Shown here one piece after another: positions 47,401 through 59,821 of a DNA stretch of 64,000 bases. The translations under genes were made by a program, and so were the position numbers. The number at the start of each line of letters is the position of its first letter. Position 1 is the stretch's first letter. The notes beneath the pieces are model-generated. The model saw only the letters and a list, made by a program, of their open reading frames with translations, was not told where the DNA came from and ran no database searches. The stretch is from Podospora anserina (taxonomy: Eukaryota), in assembly GCA_017654855.1 (NCBI GenBank), contig CM030336.1, forward strand, positions 3,782,001 through 3,846,000. Direction: 5' to 3'.

Positions 47401-48416
47401 TGGAAAAGCAGCTCCACAGCTCCACTCCATGCCCATGGACGGAATGCTTGAGGTGGTCAGTTTGTGCCTCCTTCGCATAATCATTTCGAGGCACTCGACT
47501 ATACCCACCCATAACAAGACAACTGGCGAGCACGCCGACATCTCATCCTATCACCACAAGACTTCAAAAGTTCCCAACAGTACTACGGCCGAGCATCATC
47601 AAACTCCAAAAGTCCATCAGGGTCCAAGACACTTGTCCCTGCCAGGCAAAACGAGGCGTCGGTCAGGATAGACATCCATAAACATCAAGCACTCAAAATA
47701 AATGAAGAGGGCAGGAAATAAAACTCCGTCATCTGAAACCAGATTTCTACATGGTGATCTCACCGACGCACACATAAAAAGACCAACAAGCCCCGCGTTG
47801 ACCGCTTCTTCGAGAGCCCGAGACAAGCAAGACGCAAAGCGGCAGCTGCTCACCGGTTAGCAGTCAAATCGACAACGTATGTACCCTGTAGCAAGATGTC
47901 TTGAGCCCGGGGAGGGAGTCAGGGAGGGAAATGGTCCATGGGGGTGGTTATTCAAAACTTGGATTGAGCTGGGTATCTTTTGAGGTTGGTTGAGGGGAAA
48001 GGCGCGCCGGCCGCAGATCAACTGATCTCGACTTTTTGTATGCACGCAACCGGAGTCGCGCGCCTGGACCCAGTGAAGAGGAGCGGTTCGCTGCTTCCAA
48101 CATCATCTAAGGCCGTAAAGATGGTAACGTCGCACACGGGTAGATTCCATTGTTGAGTAGCCGTGTCAAATCTGACATGAAGGCCGATGTCCCTCGCGTG
48201 ATGTGCGCCTTCGGGTGGATCTCGTCGGTATTGACAGGGGAACCAAAATCACGCGTTTCCAATCAGGGACTTGGACCGCCGAGAGGAATGACGGTGATAT
48301 GGTGTCACGAGGTGCGGGCAGGCAAGCCATGACGGCCAGGTAGGTAGCACAGAGGGCACAGTGAACGGCACCAAAGATGTGAATGAAAGACATCCCGATC
48401 CCTTAATGCCATGCTT

Positions 48417-50161
48417 TTAACAGTCGCATCGCCCATACCAGCGTGGGAATGAGACAATGTCTCGCACCGTTTGAACCCCCGACAGATAGCTCAGCAGCCG
48501 ATCGAAGCCCAAGCCAAACCCACCGTGGGGAGGGCATCCCCATCGACGCAGGTCGGCATACCACTGAAGGCCGTTTCCAGAATCGTCCTCGGATGCAGTT
48601 TCTGACGGAGACTTGATGATCCCTTGACGCGTCATTATGTCCAACAGAGGTTCCAACTGGTGCTCACGCATCGACCCACCCGCAATTTCACAGAGTTCGG
48701 GAACAAGCAAGTCGAAACAGTCGACCGTGACTCTGGAAGGATCTTCGGAGCCGGGACCCCGGGTTGGGCGCATGTAGAAGGCCTTGATATCACGGGGGTA
48801 GTTGGTGACAAAGACCGGCCGGTCCTTGCCAACCGTCGAAGCGATGAACTTTTCATGCTCAGACTGCAGGCCGGCGCCCCAAACCGGCTTGTGCTCGAAC
48901 TTGTCTTCATGCTGCTTCAAAATGTCAATAGCTTCCGTGTATGTGATACGGGGCCAGTCTGGCTGCATCAAGCCCTGCCAACGACGGTCAACCTCTTCCG
49001 CCGGAGCCAGATCTTGGCCAAAATGGGGTGTCCGTGTCAGCAAAGATTTGACCGTGTCTGACTGGTATAAGTCCGTGCCAAGTTGACGCATCATGTCCTC
49101 AGCGAGGTCCATGACGGAGTTCATGTCGTCGACGAAGCTCATCTCTGCTTCAAGCATGTAGAACTCGCTGAGATGTCTTGATGTATCGCTCTGCTCGGCG
49201 CGGAATACAGGGGACAGGGTCCAGACATTGCCGACTGACTGTGCAAGGGCCTCTAGATGAAGTTGGGTCGAAACTGTGAGGTACTTCTTGGAGCGGAAAA
49301 AAGAATCTTGTGAATCAGCAGACTCCTTGCCAGGTTGGCCGGCCGTGTCATTGGCCGGGTTCAGAGTAAAGACCTCGCCCGCACCCTCACAATCGGACGA
49401 TGTGATGATGGGCGGGTGTGTCTGTACAAAATCCTGGCGAGCAAAGAACTGAGTCAACGAAGTTACGGCTTCGGACCGCAATCTCAGCAAGAGAGCATTG
49501 AGCGGTGTTCTCGGCCGCAAGTGCGGCAAAGTACGAAGGTACTCGGGTGTCTGATATTTCTTTTGAATGGGAAATGTCTGGAGAGCAAACTGTCAGAAAT
49601 CGGTGGGTGTCGTGTGGGCGTATGCCATGGGAGCCACATACCTTGGCATCTGAAGAACCCAAGACCTTTACCTCCCTGACTTGCAACTCGTGGCTTTGTG
49701 CGGCGCCAGGAGAAGCAACCCAGGAGCCGGTGAGTCGGACGGCCGCGCCGACAGTCAGGCTACAGATGTCGGAATCAGCAAGATGAACAACCGAGACAGA
49801 CGTGTCGGAATGATTGCTCCCACCCTTCAGCCAGACCGGACTCGATAACGGCCTGCAGAGGATCCAGCGAGGAACCATCGGCGAGCGAGACAAAGCGCCA
49901 GGCTTTCAGACCACGGACAGACCGGACATAGCCGTGGACAACCACATTGTCGACGTTTTGCTCAGGTTTCCACTTGAGCAGCTGAGAGATGGCACGGGCT
50001 GGCTGTACCGGTACTGGTGCTGGTGCTGGTGCTGGTGTTGCGGTTGCTTGGTGTGATAGACATCGACGGGAGCTGTGACTCGGGCGCGAGAGCATTGAGA
50101 TACGCGAGACAAGGGGACTTGCTGATGGCCGCATGGCAGACCCCAGAACGGAGGGCCGCAT
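48417..50161 (-). CDS. SLM5: Mitochondrial asparaginyl-tRNA synthetase; exons 50161-49824, 49759-49642, 49577-48417
   Basis: R/S-rich presequence, OB-fold, ITSSDCEGAGEVF, LTVSTQLHLE, FRAEQSDTSRHLSEFYMLEAE, PPHGGFGLGFDR; two GT-AG introns restore the frame. Confidence 0.92.
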
Positions 50162-50284
50162 TGCTGCTCAGATCTCTATCGAAAATAAGCGTATGAGCTA
50201 GAATGGACAAAGTAAAAGAATTCCAGATCAAGCGAGGTGCATCCTGGTCCCGTCTGTCGTCCACCACATACCTAGGTGTCTCGT

Positions 50285-50400
50285 AGTGAGTGAGTGAGAG
50301 AGTGAGAGAGTGTGTGAGTGTGTGTGTTAGTGTGTGTGTGTTAGTGTGTGTGTGTGTTAGTGTGTGTGTGTGTGTGTGTGTGAGCGTGTGTGTGTGTGTG
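50285..50400. repeat. Imperfect (GT/GA)n microsatellite
   Basis: Seen directly. Confidence 0.9.
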
Positions 50401-51887
50401 GTTGTGGTCTTGGCATTTTTTCTACATGGAATGGATGGGGCTATTCTGAGAAGTGGGGATGGCTTGGAGTGGGGGCAGCTGGTAGCTAGGTACCCGCTGG
50501 GTCGTCCCATCTTTGATCCGAACCTCACCTGCCGTTCTCGAGACGTCTCTCGTTGGTGATTGGTCGGAATTCTTGCCTGTCACCATCACCTGGCTCCCTG
50601 GCTGCTGCTGCCGTCACTGACAGCGTGCCATCCAACCACTAATTATGGCATCAAGACCTGAAAAGGGTGAAGCCTCATGCAACCCGTCGATACCACACCT
50701 TTTCTCCATCTGAAAAATACTCTCATTCTGGAAACCTCCGCTGCGTCTTCTCTCGCACTTCCGAGCCCTGGAGCCATCAACCGCCATCCATCATCCATCA
50801 TCCATGGCGATCACTTGCCCCGCTCCCGACAATGGACCACACCCCCTCTTTTTCTAGCAGAAGCACCAGAAGCAGCCCCGCAAGGGAATAGTCCGTCATG
50901 GAAGTGTCAGACATGCAGCTTTTCGCATCTTTTTGCTCTTTAGGTTTGGAAACCTCCCTCCATCTTTCACTCCCCCACGGCCCGCGTGTCGATCCTGTAT
51001 TGCTGAGAGATCCTCGACGAATTGCCGTCTCATTCGATCGAACTGAGAGGAGGGCCCATGTCTTGCCCTCATTGGTCTTCACCGCAACTGCTTGGTCTAT
51101 TGGTTTCAGCAGCTGTCCGGGGTTCACTTCGGACTCGATGAGCTATTGATGGCCGCTCTTGTGTGCCATGTATATCTCCTCGCTGGTCTACTTGGCACGC
51201 ATACACACAGGCGCGGGCCAATGTCTTTGGTTCCCAAGAGGCGCTGGAATACCAGATTGACTCAGACTCAAGATGGCGCACTCGATGCGACACAGCAGAC
51301 ACTCGCAATTCCATGAGTCTCGGCAGCTTGCGTCGGCCTGAGGTCCATGGCAAAACAGCTTTTGCTCTGTCCTCCCTCACAAGGTCCCGGCTTTCCGTCG
51401 ACCTCGAGGGCTCTTGCGGTGTGTCGGGGCCGGCCATGTCTGAAGGCTGGCTCTCTCTTTCAACCAAGCTGGAAGCTGACGAAACAAGTTGTTTTGGCTC
51501 TTTCTTTGCTTTTTTGCATGTTTCAAACCGTCGAGTTACACGGGGGAAAAAGAGGGTTCTGCTGCAACATGGACACATGGACTCGCTCAAAGCAACAAGG
51601 TTGCCATCCCAGGCCGCTGTCGTCTTGTGGGCTTTGGAGATCTCGGACTTGCTTGCTGTTATCGGCACATATAAAGCAGCTGGATCCCTCCCAGCTCATG
51701 TCTGTTTTCAGTCTGTCCATCAGCAGCAAGCACAAGCAAGCAGTCTGAACTAGAACTCGGGCTTGGTTTGGTCATATTGTGCCGTCTCTACCAGGACTAT
51801 AGTCTTTTGACAGTCTAGGACTACCTTCTTCGCCGCAAGCAAACAGCCCTCCCAAAGACAACACACACACACACACACACACACACA

Positions 51888-53002
51888 ATGCCTTCCTCCA
51901 GCTCCAAATCCTCCAAGCCCAAGCCCTCCGAGGTTGCGTCGGAGACAAAAAAGTACTACACACCCTTGATCAAACACGAATACGCAAACCGATGGCAGAC
52001 CTGTTCCTACATCTGCCGTCAGCCTCTGATAGATATCCAGTTCGAAGACAGGCCCCCTAGTGTGACACCCCCCGTCTTTTGTAAGCACGACGCTCCACTG
52101 CCGGACACCATGTCATACAGCATGCTAACCCGAACTCAGACGTGTCCACGGGTGACCCGGTTGACATGACGATCAACTGGCAGATCCAATCGGGGACTTC
52201 TATCCCCTTCATTTGCGCGGCAAACGACAGGCGTCCCGGCGGCGACTGGGAGACCGGGGCGGTTGGCTACGAGGAACGCCTCTGCCGGCGAAGCACCCTT
52301 GCAGCGGCCTTGGCTACCCCAGGGCAGGGTTCTGACCTCAACGACCACTATCCCATCCCCATCTGTGCCGGGATCATGTCTCAGGATGTTGGTAAGTGTT
52401 CTGACCTGTTGCCTGCCTGCTGCTCGACACTAACACGGCTCACAGTCGTCTTCCGAGGGCCCCACGATAAGTACGAGAAGCTCCCGCTGGAGCAATGGCG
52501 ATCTCTCCCGGTTGTCTCCGTCCCACCACCGCGGTGGCCCAAACTGACGCAGAACGGCACAAAATACTCGTTTGCCGACGAACGGGAGATGGTCAGGGAC
52601 AAGCTTCGGGGTGCTCTTCGAATCTGCGCCTACTATCGCTATGACACCGTCGTGATTGGAGACTTTGGGTTGGGCAATGGCTACCGGAACCCACCACAAG
52701 AGCTAGCGGAGCTCTGGCGGGAAGTGTTCCTCTACGACCCCGACCTCCGAGGCCGTATCCGATGCGTCATGTTTGTCTTTGAAGATCCCGCTCAAAGCAC
52801 CATGCAGCTCATCCTCGACGAGATTGCCAAGAAGGCCAAGGGGGGTTCATCCAGCAAGTCGAAGAAGGGCGGCTCCAGTTCTTCCAACAGCAACTGCCCC
52901 ACCGACTTTCAGATATTCAACCAAGTATTCGACAGTGCCGAGATCCAGAGAGTAATCGCAAGGCCGGATGCGAGATATGGGTTAGACAATCTTCTTGTCT
53001 AA
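51888..53002 (+). CDS. Microbial PARG-like macrodomain protein (DUF2263/TIGR02452-like); exons 51888-52080, 52140-52391, 52446-53002
   Basis: AANDRRPGGDWETGAVGYEERLCRRSTL and VVIGDFGLG..YRNPPQELAELW; introns 52081-52139 and 52392-52445 (GTAAG...CTAAC...CAG). Confidence 0.75.
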
Positions 53003-55608
53003 TAACTAAGCCTTTCCTTTCCTACCCAGTCGGTTAGGCGTTTGGAGTCAGGTCGGTCCAAAATCATTTGCGGATTATGCCAGCATTTGTTTGTGGGAGT
53101 GTGTGTGCAACAAGAAAAACTCCGTTGTGGTCTGCTCTTAGGGGGTTCACGGTGTTTGATTTCTCTACATATTTCTCTTCTCCGGTTTTATTCCATCACA
53201 CATCACAGCACGCTGGATTGGCAGCTTGGCTGTAGGCGTTGGCCATGGTGGGGTTGGTCCCATATCACTGTTCATCATTATCCTAATATTGTGTGTTCTC
53301 AGAGCCAAATAATACGTTATTAAACCCCTGCCATTGCTGTCATCCCTTGCTTACCTTGTGGCTATCAGGAATTCCTGCTTTTCTGACAGTCCTGTCTAAC
53401 GGAGAACGCCACAGACTGGGCTGACAAGAGCCCCGAGAGCCTGGACCTTGGGTTGCGGGCCGATCAGGTTGTGCTGACCGGGTCGACGGCAATAACAGTA
53501 CCGTGGAACAGAACAAGGCAAGTCATACGGACGCACCCCACCCTTGCCGATTTGACAGGTTTGCATGTTGGTTCGACATCACTGCTCTCTGGCGACCGGC
53601 TGGCTGTCACATTTCTAAATCCCGAACATGGGAAAGACAGGCATTGTGGTCTGCATGAGATTTTCTCGAGGGACACATGTTGATTGGCGTTTAGAAGGAA
53701 ACCGGTCTAGAATGCGCGAGATTTCCCCCAAAAGGCCATGGTGGCGAACGCACGCACTGCATACTTGATACTTGTGAACCCTCACCGGGACTCCTGGTTT
53801 GGGGATGGGTCTGCATATAAGTTGCTCTTGCGGCATGCTGAAGCGAATAGAGTCAAGCCGGCACAGAAAGGAAAAAGAACACCTAAACCACGCAGGCCTT
53901 GATATCATTCAACAGCAGCAAAAGCCGAACCACCCCCTGCCCTGTGCGCATGTGATATCGAAGTTCTTGCGGAGGGGACGTGGTTCGACACGCAAAAGCC
54001 CGGGCGAATAGGAGGAGGCGGTGTGAAGCAAGGAGGCTGTCATGTTTGCTTTATGGGCGTACATGGTACATGGCATACTGCATGGGACATGGGGCGTGGG
54101 CTTGGCTCTAGCTGTACAAGGTGAGGTGCATTGCATATACGCTAGCGCTCCCAGCAAGGCATCTCGAGAAGAATGCACATATCCGCTTCCGTACCACAAC
54201 CTACCTTATCTTCCCTCCCGCACACACACACACACACACACATCGTCTTTTTCTCTTTCCCCCCACCGAATCACTATGTCATTCCTATAGGTATACCTAC
54301 CTCCACCCAACCTTCAGCTCCCATTCTTCTTCTGCTTCTTCGGGCACTGGCGTATCCCCGGCATTCACTCCTTTTACGAGTCCTCGTCTATCATTTGTTC
54401 CCCCCCCCAAATCACTGGAACGTGCCTCCTCAAGCCACCACAATGCGTCAATTCTCGTACGAGAAAATAATGGCACGTTTCCAGAAATATTGAACCACCA
54501 CCTACGTACACTCAGGGTCCTTTCCCAAGGGACCCCCCTCATCAACCACAAAACCAGGACTTAAAACTCCCCCCAAAGGTCACGTTCGAGACAGGTCCCA
54601 CAAAATGGATATGTACCACATCCCACAACGTGAGTCGATAGCCGCGTGCTGTGTAAGTGTAATCATCACACAACACAAACATAAAACCCAACTCTATAAG
54701 CAAAAAAAGAAAAAATAAGAGTGTATTTTTTCTCCCACTCGGTACCGCTTTGTATGTATGGTCCCGTGGGTTTGCTGCAGTGTTGGATGTCTGAGATCGA
54801 GTGATACAGATCGTAAACAAGGAAGGTAGAAAGAAAGCCATGTACCGCTCCTCAAAACTACGAAGCACGGAAAGAAACAACGGAGATAGCGCTGACTGCG
54901 GGACTGCAGAGGAATTTCTCACTTGGCTGCTAGTCTCTGTTTTCTCTATTCAACAACGATAGCTGGAATAATGTGCTGTGATGTATAGCTGCCCAAATGG
55001 AAGCTAACAACCTGCCTTGAAAGCCACACGTGCCATACAAAAAGAAAAAACATACCTTTGACAAAAGAAAATAGACGCCTTCCACCCCCTTATCTGTACC
55101 TGTATACCCAACCAACCCCCTCTTTAGTTAGGTAGTTCCCGTCAACAACGAACCCCCTATTAACCCCCTGAATTTCTCCCACCCCCCATCCGCCCACGCG
55201 ATCTGATCACCAACATGCATTCCGCCCCTGATCCATCACCAAGGAAAATTCCATGGTGATCATCACCTAACCTCCAATAAAGCAAACATACCTGCCTTTT
55301 TCCCTGCTATCCTATCATATCCAACTAACCGCACACCCCACCCAACTAACTGCATCATCAGCAAAACAGCAGAGATGTGATATGTGAGAGGTCATGTCGC
55401 TGTTTATGTATGTACCTATGCTAGCCGCTTTTTTCTACTCCCACCAATGAGACAGGGACAAGACAGACATCAGAAGAAAGAAAAGTTTCCATGATGAAAA
55501 AACTTTCTCGGCTCGGGTTCTTGTGAGCGTGCCGAAGAAAGGAGCCGAGGAGCCGAGGGTAAGGGGGAAGATATCGCTTGCCGGTGTCGGCGGAAAAAGA
55601 AAAAAGCA

Positions 55609-55612
<4 letters not shown>

Positions 55613-55656
<44 letters not shown>
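55613..55656. repeat. (GA)n microsatellite
   Basis: Seen directly. Confidence 0.95.
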
Positions 55657-55661
<5 letters not shown>

Positions 55662-55951
55662 GGAAGCACCTTGGATGGGTGGGATGGAAGGATGCATACC
55701 TAGGAACCCGGAAGCTCAGTTCTCACCAGTCCATAAGGTAGGTAGCCACTTTAGCAACAGCGTTTCTCCTAACAAAGCTGCTCTGGCAACTCGGGATGGT
55801 TTGATAAGTCTAACAAGATCTCACCCCCAGTTCACAAAATTTCTCCTCACATCACTCAAAACTCGCAACCAAACATTCCTTTCACATTTCTATTGCTACC
55901 TTTGTAACCATAATATTACCTTTTTTCCACCAGTACAACCCCCTCCCTGTT

Positions 55952-58900
55952 CTACGCCCCCGGCACAACAGCCAAAACATCATAAATCTTCTCCCTCACC
56001 GCATAAAACGTCCCCCTCCCCCCCCCACCACCCCCCATCAAACTCCTCCCACCCCCAGGCCCAACCGCAAACGGCAACGCCACGCTCTCCAACTCTATCC
56101 TCCCAGCAGCACTCTTCCTAACCGCAACCGTCTCGTCAATCAACAGCGTCCCCTCCCCCCTAAACTCCGCCTTGTGCCCAGCATGCAACATCGCCCTCCT
56201 CAGATCCGCCAGCCTCAGATCCCCCGCATGAAGCGGTTGCGAAGCCGCCTTCACCGTAGCCGTAGCCGCCAGGTTAACCGGTAGCACATCCACCGTAGGG
56301 AGGGTGCGCGGGTTGGCATCATTATTGACCGTGGTCAACGCCATACTCGAAGAAGGCGACCCCCCTTCTTCCGTCTTCTGCCGTTTATTCCCCTCATCGT
56401 TGGGGTCGTCCGAGGGAATAAACCCCCCTCCGGGAAGTAGCACACCCGTAATAGTAGCAATGCCTAACCCATTAACATCCTGCCATTTGAGCTTCTTGGC
56501 CAGATAATCCGAGAGCTTCACCACCCAGGCGTTCGTGTCCACCGAGGCATTCACAAACGTCCCCACCGGGGGTGTAAACACATCCACCGTCGCCGATTCA
56601 TTGGATGAGTTAGCCGCCAGCTGCGCAGAAAGCAACTTCTTGCAGTCAGCCGCAAGAGCCTGTGATTCCTGCTCCGTTCCCGCGACGAGAACCAACCGAC
56701 GGGGCTGGATGAGCGGGATGAGCATATGCAGCGAGCGTTTATCGTGCAGACCGGAAAAGTCGACAAACGCGATGCGGAGGTTGACGCTGATCTTGTGAGT
56801 GGTCATGACGAGCTTGGCAGGTCCGAGGACGGGGGCGTCTTCTTCCTCGTCCAGTTCGTCTACTTCTTCCGTGTGGGGACCATTTCCTGGGGCGCCAGTG
56901 GCGCTGGCATCGTCTGGCTCGTCCGAGTGGGCACGGGCGGGTTGCTTTTCCCGTTTGCTGTTCGCCGTGGCCTTGTTGGCGGCGTTGACGGCAATGAGAC
57001 TTCGCTTTTTGCCCAAGCTGTCTTCTTGTTTGGTCTTGGCTGGGTCGGTTTCTTGCCTGTCGGCTACTTCTCGCTCTTCGGCGCGGAGGTAGTCTTCTGG
57101 TCGGATGAGGTCGCCAAACTCATCGTGACGTCTTCGTTGGGCTACTGCTGGGAACATGGCTTCTCGCCCCTTTTTACCCCTGACTTCGTAGTCATACACA
57201 CCCCGCTTCTTGATGAGGATGTTGACACCCAAGTCTTCGTCGTTTAGGACGACCTTCTTTCGGCTGGCTTGTTTGATGTTGGCAGAAATATTGAGTGCTT
57301 TGCCCTGTTGTTCCGTCTCCGACTCCTCAGACTCGGTGGACGTGTCGGAGAGAGCATCGTTCAAGTCGGTCCAGGCTTCCCAAGTCATTCCACTTCCGCC
57401 ATGTGAGGTGGCTTGCAGTTGTTGTTTTGTCGCAAGCCACTGTTGGTAAACACTGAGATCGTTACCTTCCAGCGCCTGTTTTGACGCATCAGCAATCTCT
57501 AGTTCTCGCCCACCGGCGTAGACCTGTTCAAAGGTCTCGCCACTGGTGGTCTGCTCTGTTGCTACACCGTCCTTTCTCTCCTTCCACCAGTCCCAGAGTG
57601 TCCTGGCGATCGATGGCTTGTTCTCGTTCAGTGCTGGCTTTTCGGTTAGAAGAACAAGATTCCTTGCGTCACCGGCAATGGACTTGAGAACCTCCTTCGA
57701 GAAGCCCCACTCGAGGCTGGAATCTGTAGCTAGAATAACCCGGCCTTTTGGTTCAAGATCCTCAAGTGCTTGCTTGAGAACCCACGAAACCTGTCCCTTT
57801 CTCTCTAGCAGCCGCAGGTGCTTAAAGTCGAACGGTCCGGCCACCTTATGGTCGTGATGATGTCCGCCCCTCTGGCCCCTGCTGTGGCTTTCCTTGCCAC
57901 CAGCCGCGGCTTCAAACTCCCTCACAATCTTGTCGTCCATCCACTCGAACAAGCTCCTGGCGTGCTTCAGAGTACTGCCGATGCTGTGACCGGCCAGATA
58001 CAGCTGCGCATTTCTGAATGTTTCGTTGTTGTTGTTGTCCACCTCGTTCCTCCAGGCGTGCTCTAGAAGATATGAAAGCTCCAAGACTCTGGCACTTGAA
58101 TCGACCGGTATCAGGACTGTCCCTCCTCGCGCAATACAGAGCTTGATCGATTCCAAGAGTTGCTCATCACGCTTGGCACGAGAGAGGGTGGCGTCGGGTG
58201 TTCGACTGCTGCACACCAGAGCTGTTGGTTTTCGGAGTTGTTCGATGACCTCGGTGCTGCCTCCCCCGCCATGTCCACCGCTCAGCCAAGCGGCACCTGA
58301 AAAGACATTTTCCTTGCCTTGGTTCCAGTCGACGGCGTAGACAATAGATTCGAGCCCGTGCTGAATGTGCCAGATGGCTCCACCGAGTGTCCGTCCCGAA
58401 TTATAAGCTGTGACTGTCAAGTTGGTGATGTCTGGGGAGAATGGCGAGGATCGAGGCTGTTGTGGTTGTGAGTATTGTACGGCCTGAATATTAGCAAAGT
58501 ATCGTGTGATCTCCTCGGGGGATGGTGGCTGAAGCAGCAGGTTGGGGTTCAGTGATGGGGCCTGGGATGATGCGTAGGCCACTTCGGCGAGTGAGGACGT
58601 TGGTATTGTCGTCGCAGCTAATGGGGTGGAGGCATAGAGATCTTGTGTCAGGGTACGGCCGAGATCAATGACTGGGCGTGTCGCATAGGCGGGGATGGTT
58701 GAGAACAGGGGGATATGTTTGCAGCAGTGCGCATAGGCTCCGATGTGGGCGACAGTCGCATGGGTCAGGAGGATGAATGATAGAGTCGGGACTTGTCTGG
58801 AATAAGCAGTTAGTGGCCATGCCCATTGAATCATATCTATGGAAGTAATCCATACTTTTCTAGTTCCCTGAGCTTTTCAACAGCAAAGGTCTCGTCCCAG

Positions 58901-59001
58901 CCAACATCCACCAAGATCTTGACACCCCCATCGAGTTCGAGTAGCGACTGTGATGCTGTGGACTCGGAGAGGGCGCCTTGTAATGGGCAGAAGCTAAACA
59001 T
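55952..59001 (-). CDS. CFT2: Cleavage and polyadenylation factor subunit 2 (CPSF100); exons 59001-58856, 58796-55952
   Basis: MFSFCPLQGA...ILVDVGWDE; degenerate MBL motif LTHATVAHIGA; IVYAVDWN; LIPVDSSARVLEL; GDLRLADLR...FRGEGTL; intron 58855-58797. Confidence 0.93.
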
Positions 59002-59821
59002 GGCTGAAGTAGTTGATGGATGGTGGTCAATTGTTGCCGGGAATGGCGCATGTTTTGTAGTCAAGTTTTGTTTCTGGCAAGCAATGAAGAAACCAAGGCT
59101 GAGCGCAGCAGAAATGCGCCAGAGACAGCCCCGTAAATGGAGAGCCTCTTGAAGCGCGTCACTGTAAATGGGACGCGACGGACTGGTAGCAGGCTGCAGG
59201 AAAGCTTATCGATTAAAGACAGGACGGGCTAAAGACACTGTGCCACTGATAGAAAACAATTACATGTGTTCTCCAACTCTTTGCTTCCAACACAGTCTAT
59301 TTAGCATCCTGTCCTAAGCGGTGTCGGGCGGCAGAATCATGACACTGGCGCAAGGATCAATCCAGTCGGCGGAAGCTGCCGAGTGGACAGGTGGAGGTCC
59401 AGACGGCCAGGCACCGCCAACCCCTGCTTCCACCAGCCGCGGGGCCTCTCATGCGACAGCCAAAAAAGGACAGCTCGACCTTGAAGGCCAAGGTGGGACG
59501 GACCCCTCTGTTATTAAGAGAGGACACTTTCTGGTTCTTCTGATTGATTGTGACCAGCACTAGTCAGCTATAACACTCAAATCCCCGGTGACGATCTCGA
59601 GGGCGACTTCTAGAACCCAAGCTTCGCCCAGCTCAAAACACTCCTCGATCGATCGATCCACAATTATCACCCCTTAGTGCCGGCCCCGTATCAGCAGCAA
59701 GCAACTTACATACAACGGCCAACTACCGAACGAAGCTCGCCTACAAGCCAAGCACCTGACCGAACGACTCGAACATTGAACCGCCGATTTTCCATCCAGC
59801 TCCCGTCCCGAGACTGACAAC

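Noticed and set aside
51069..51753. Overlapping ~200-aa ORFs on both strands
   Set aside because: No recognisable motifs or local codon style; more likely the 5' region of the macrodomain gene.
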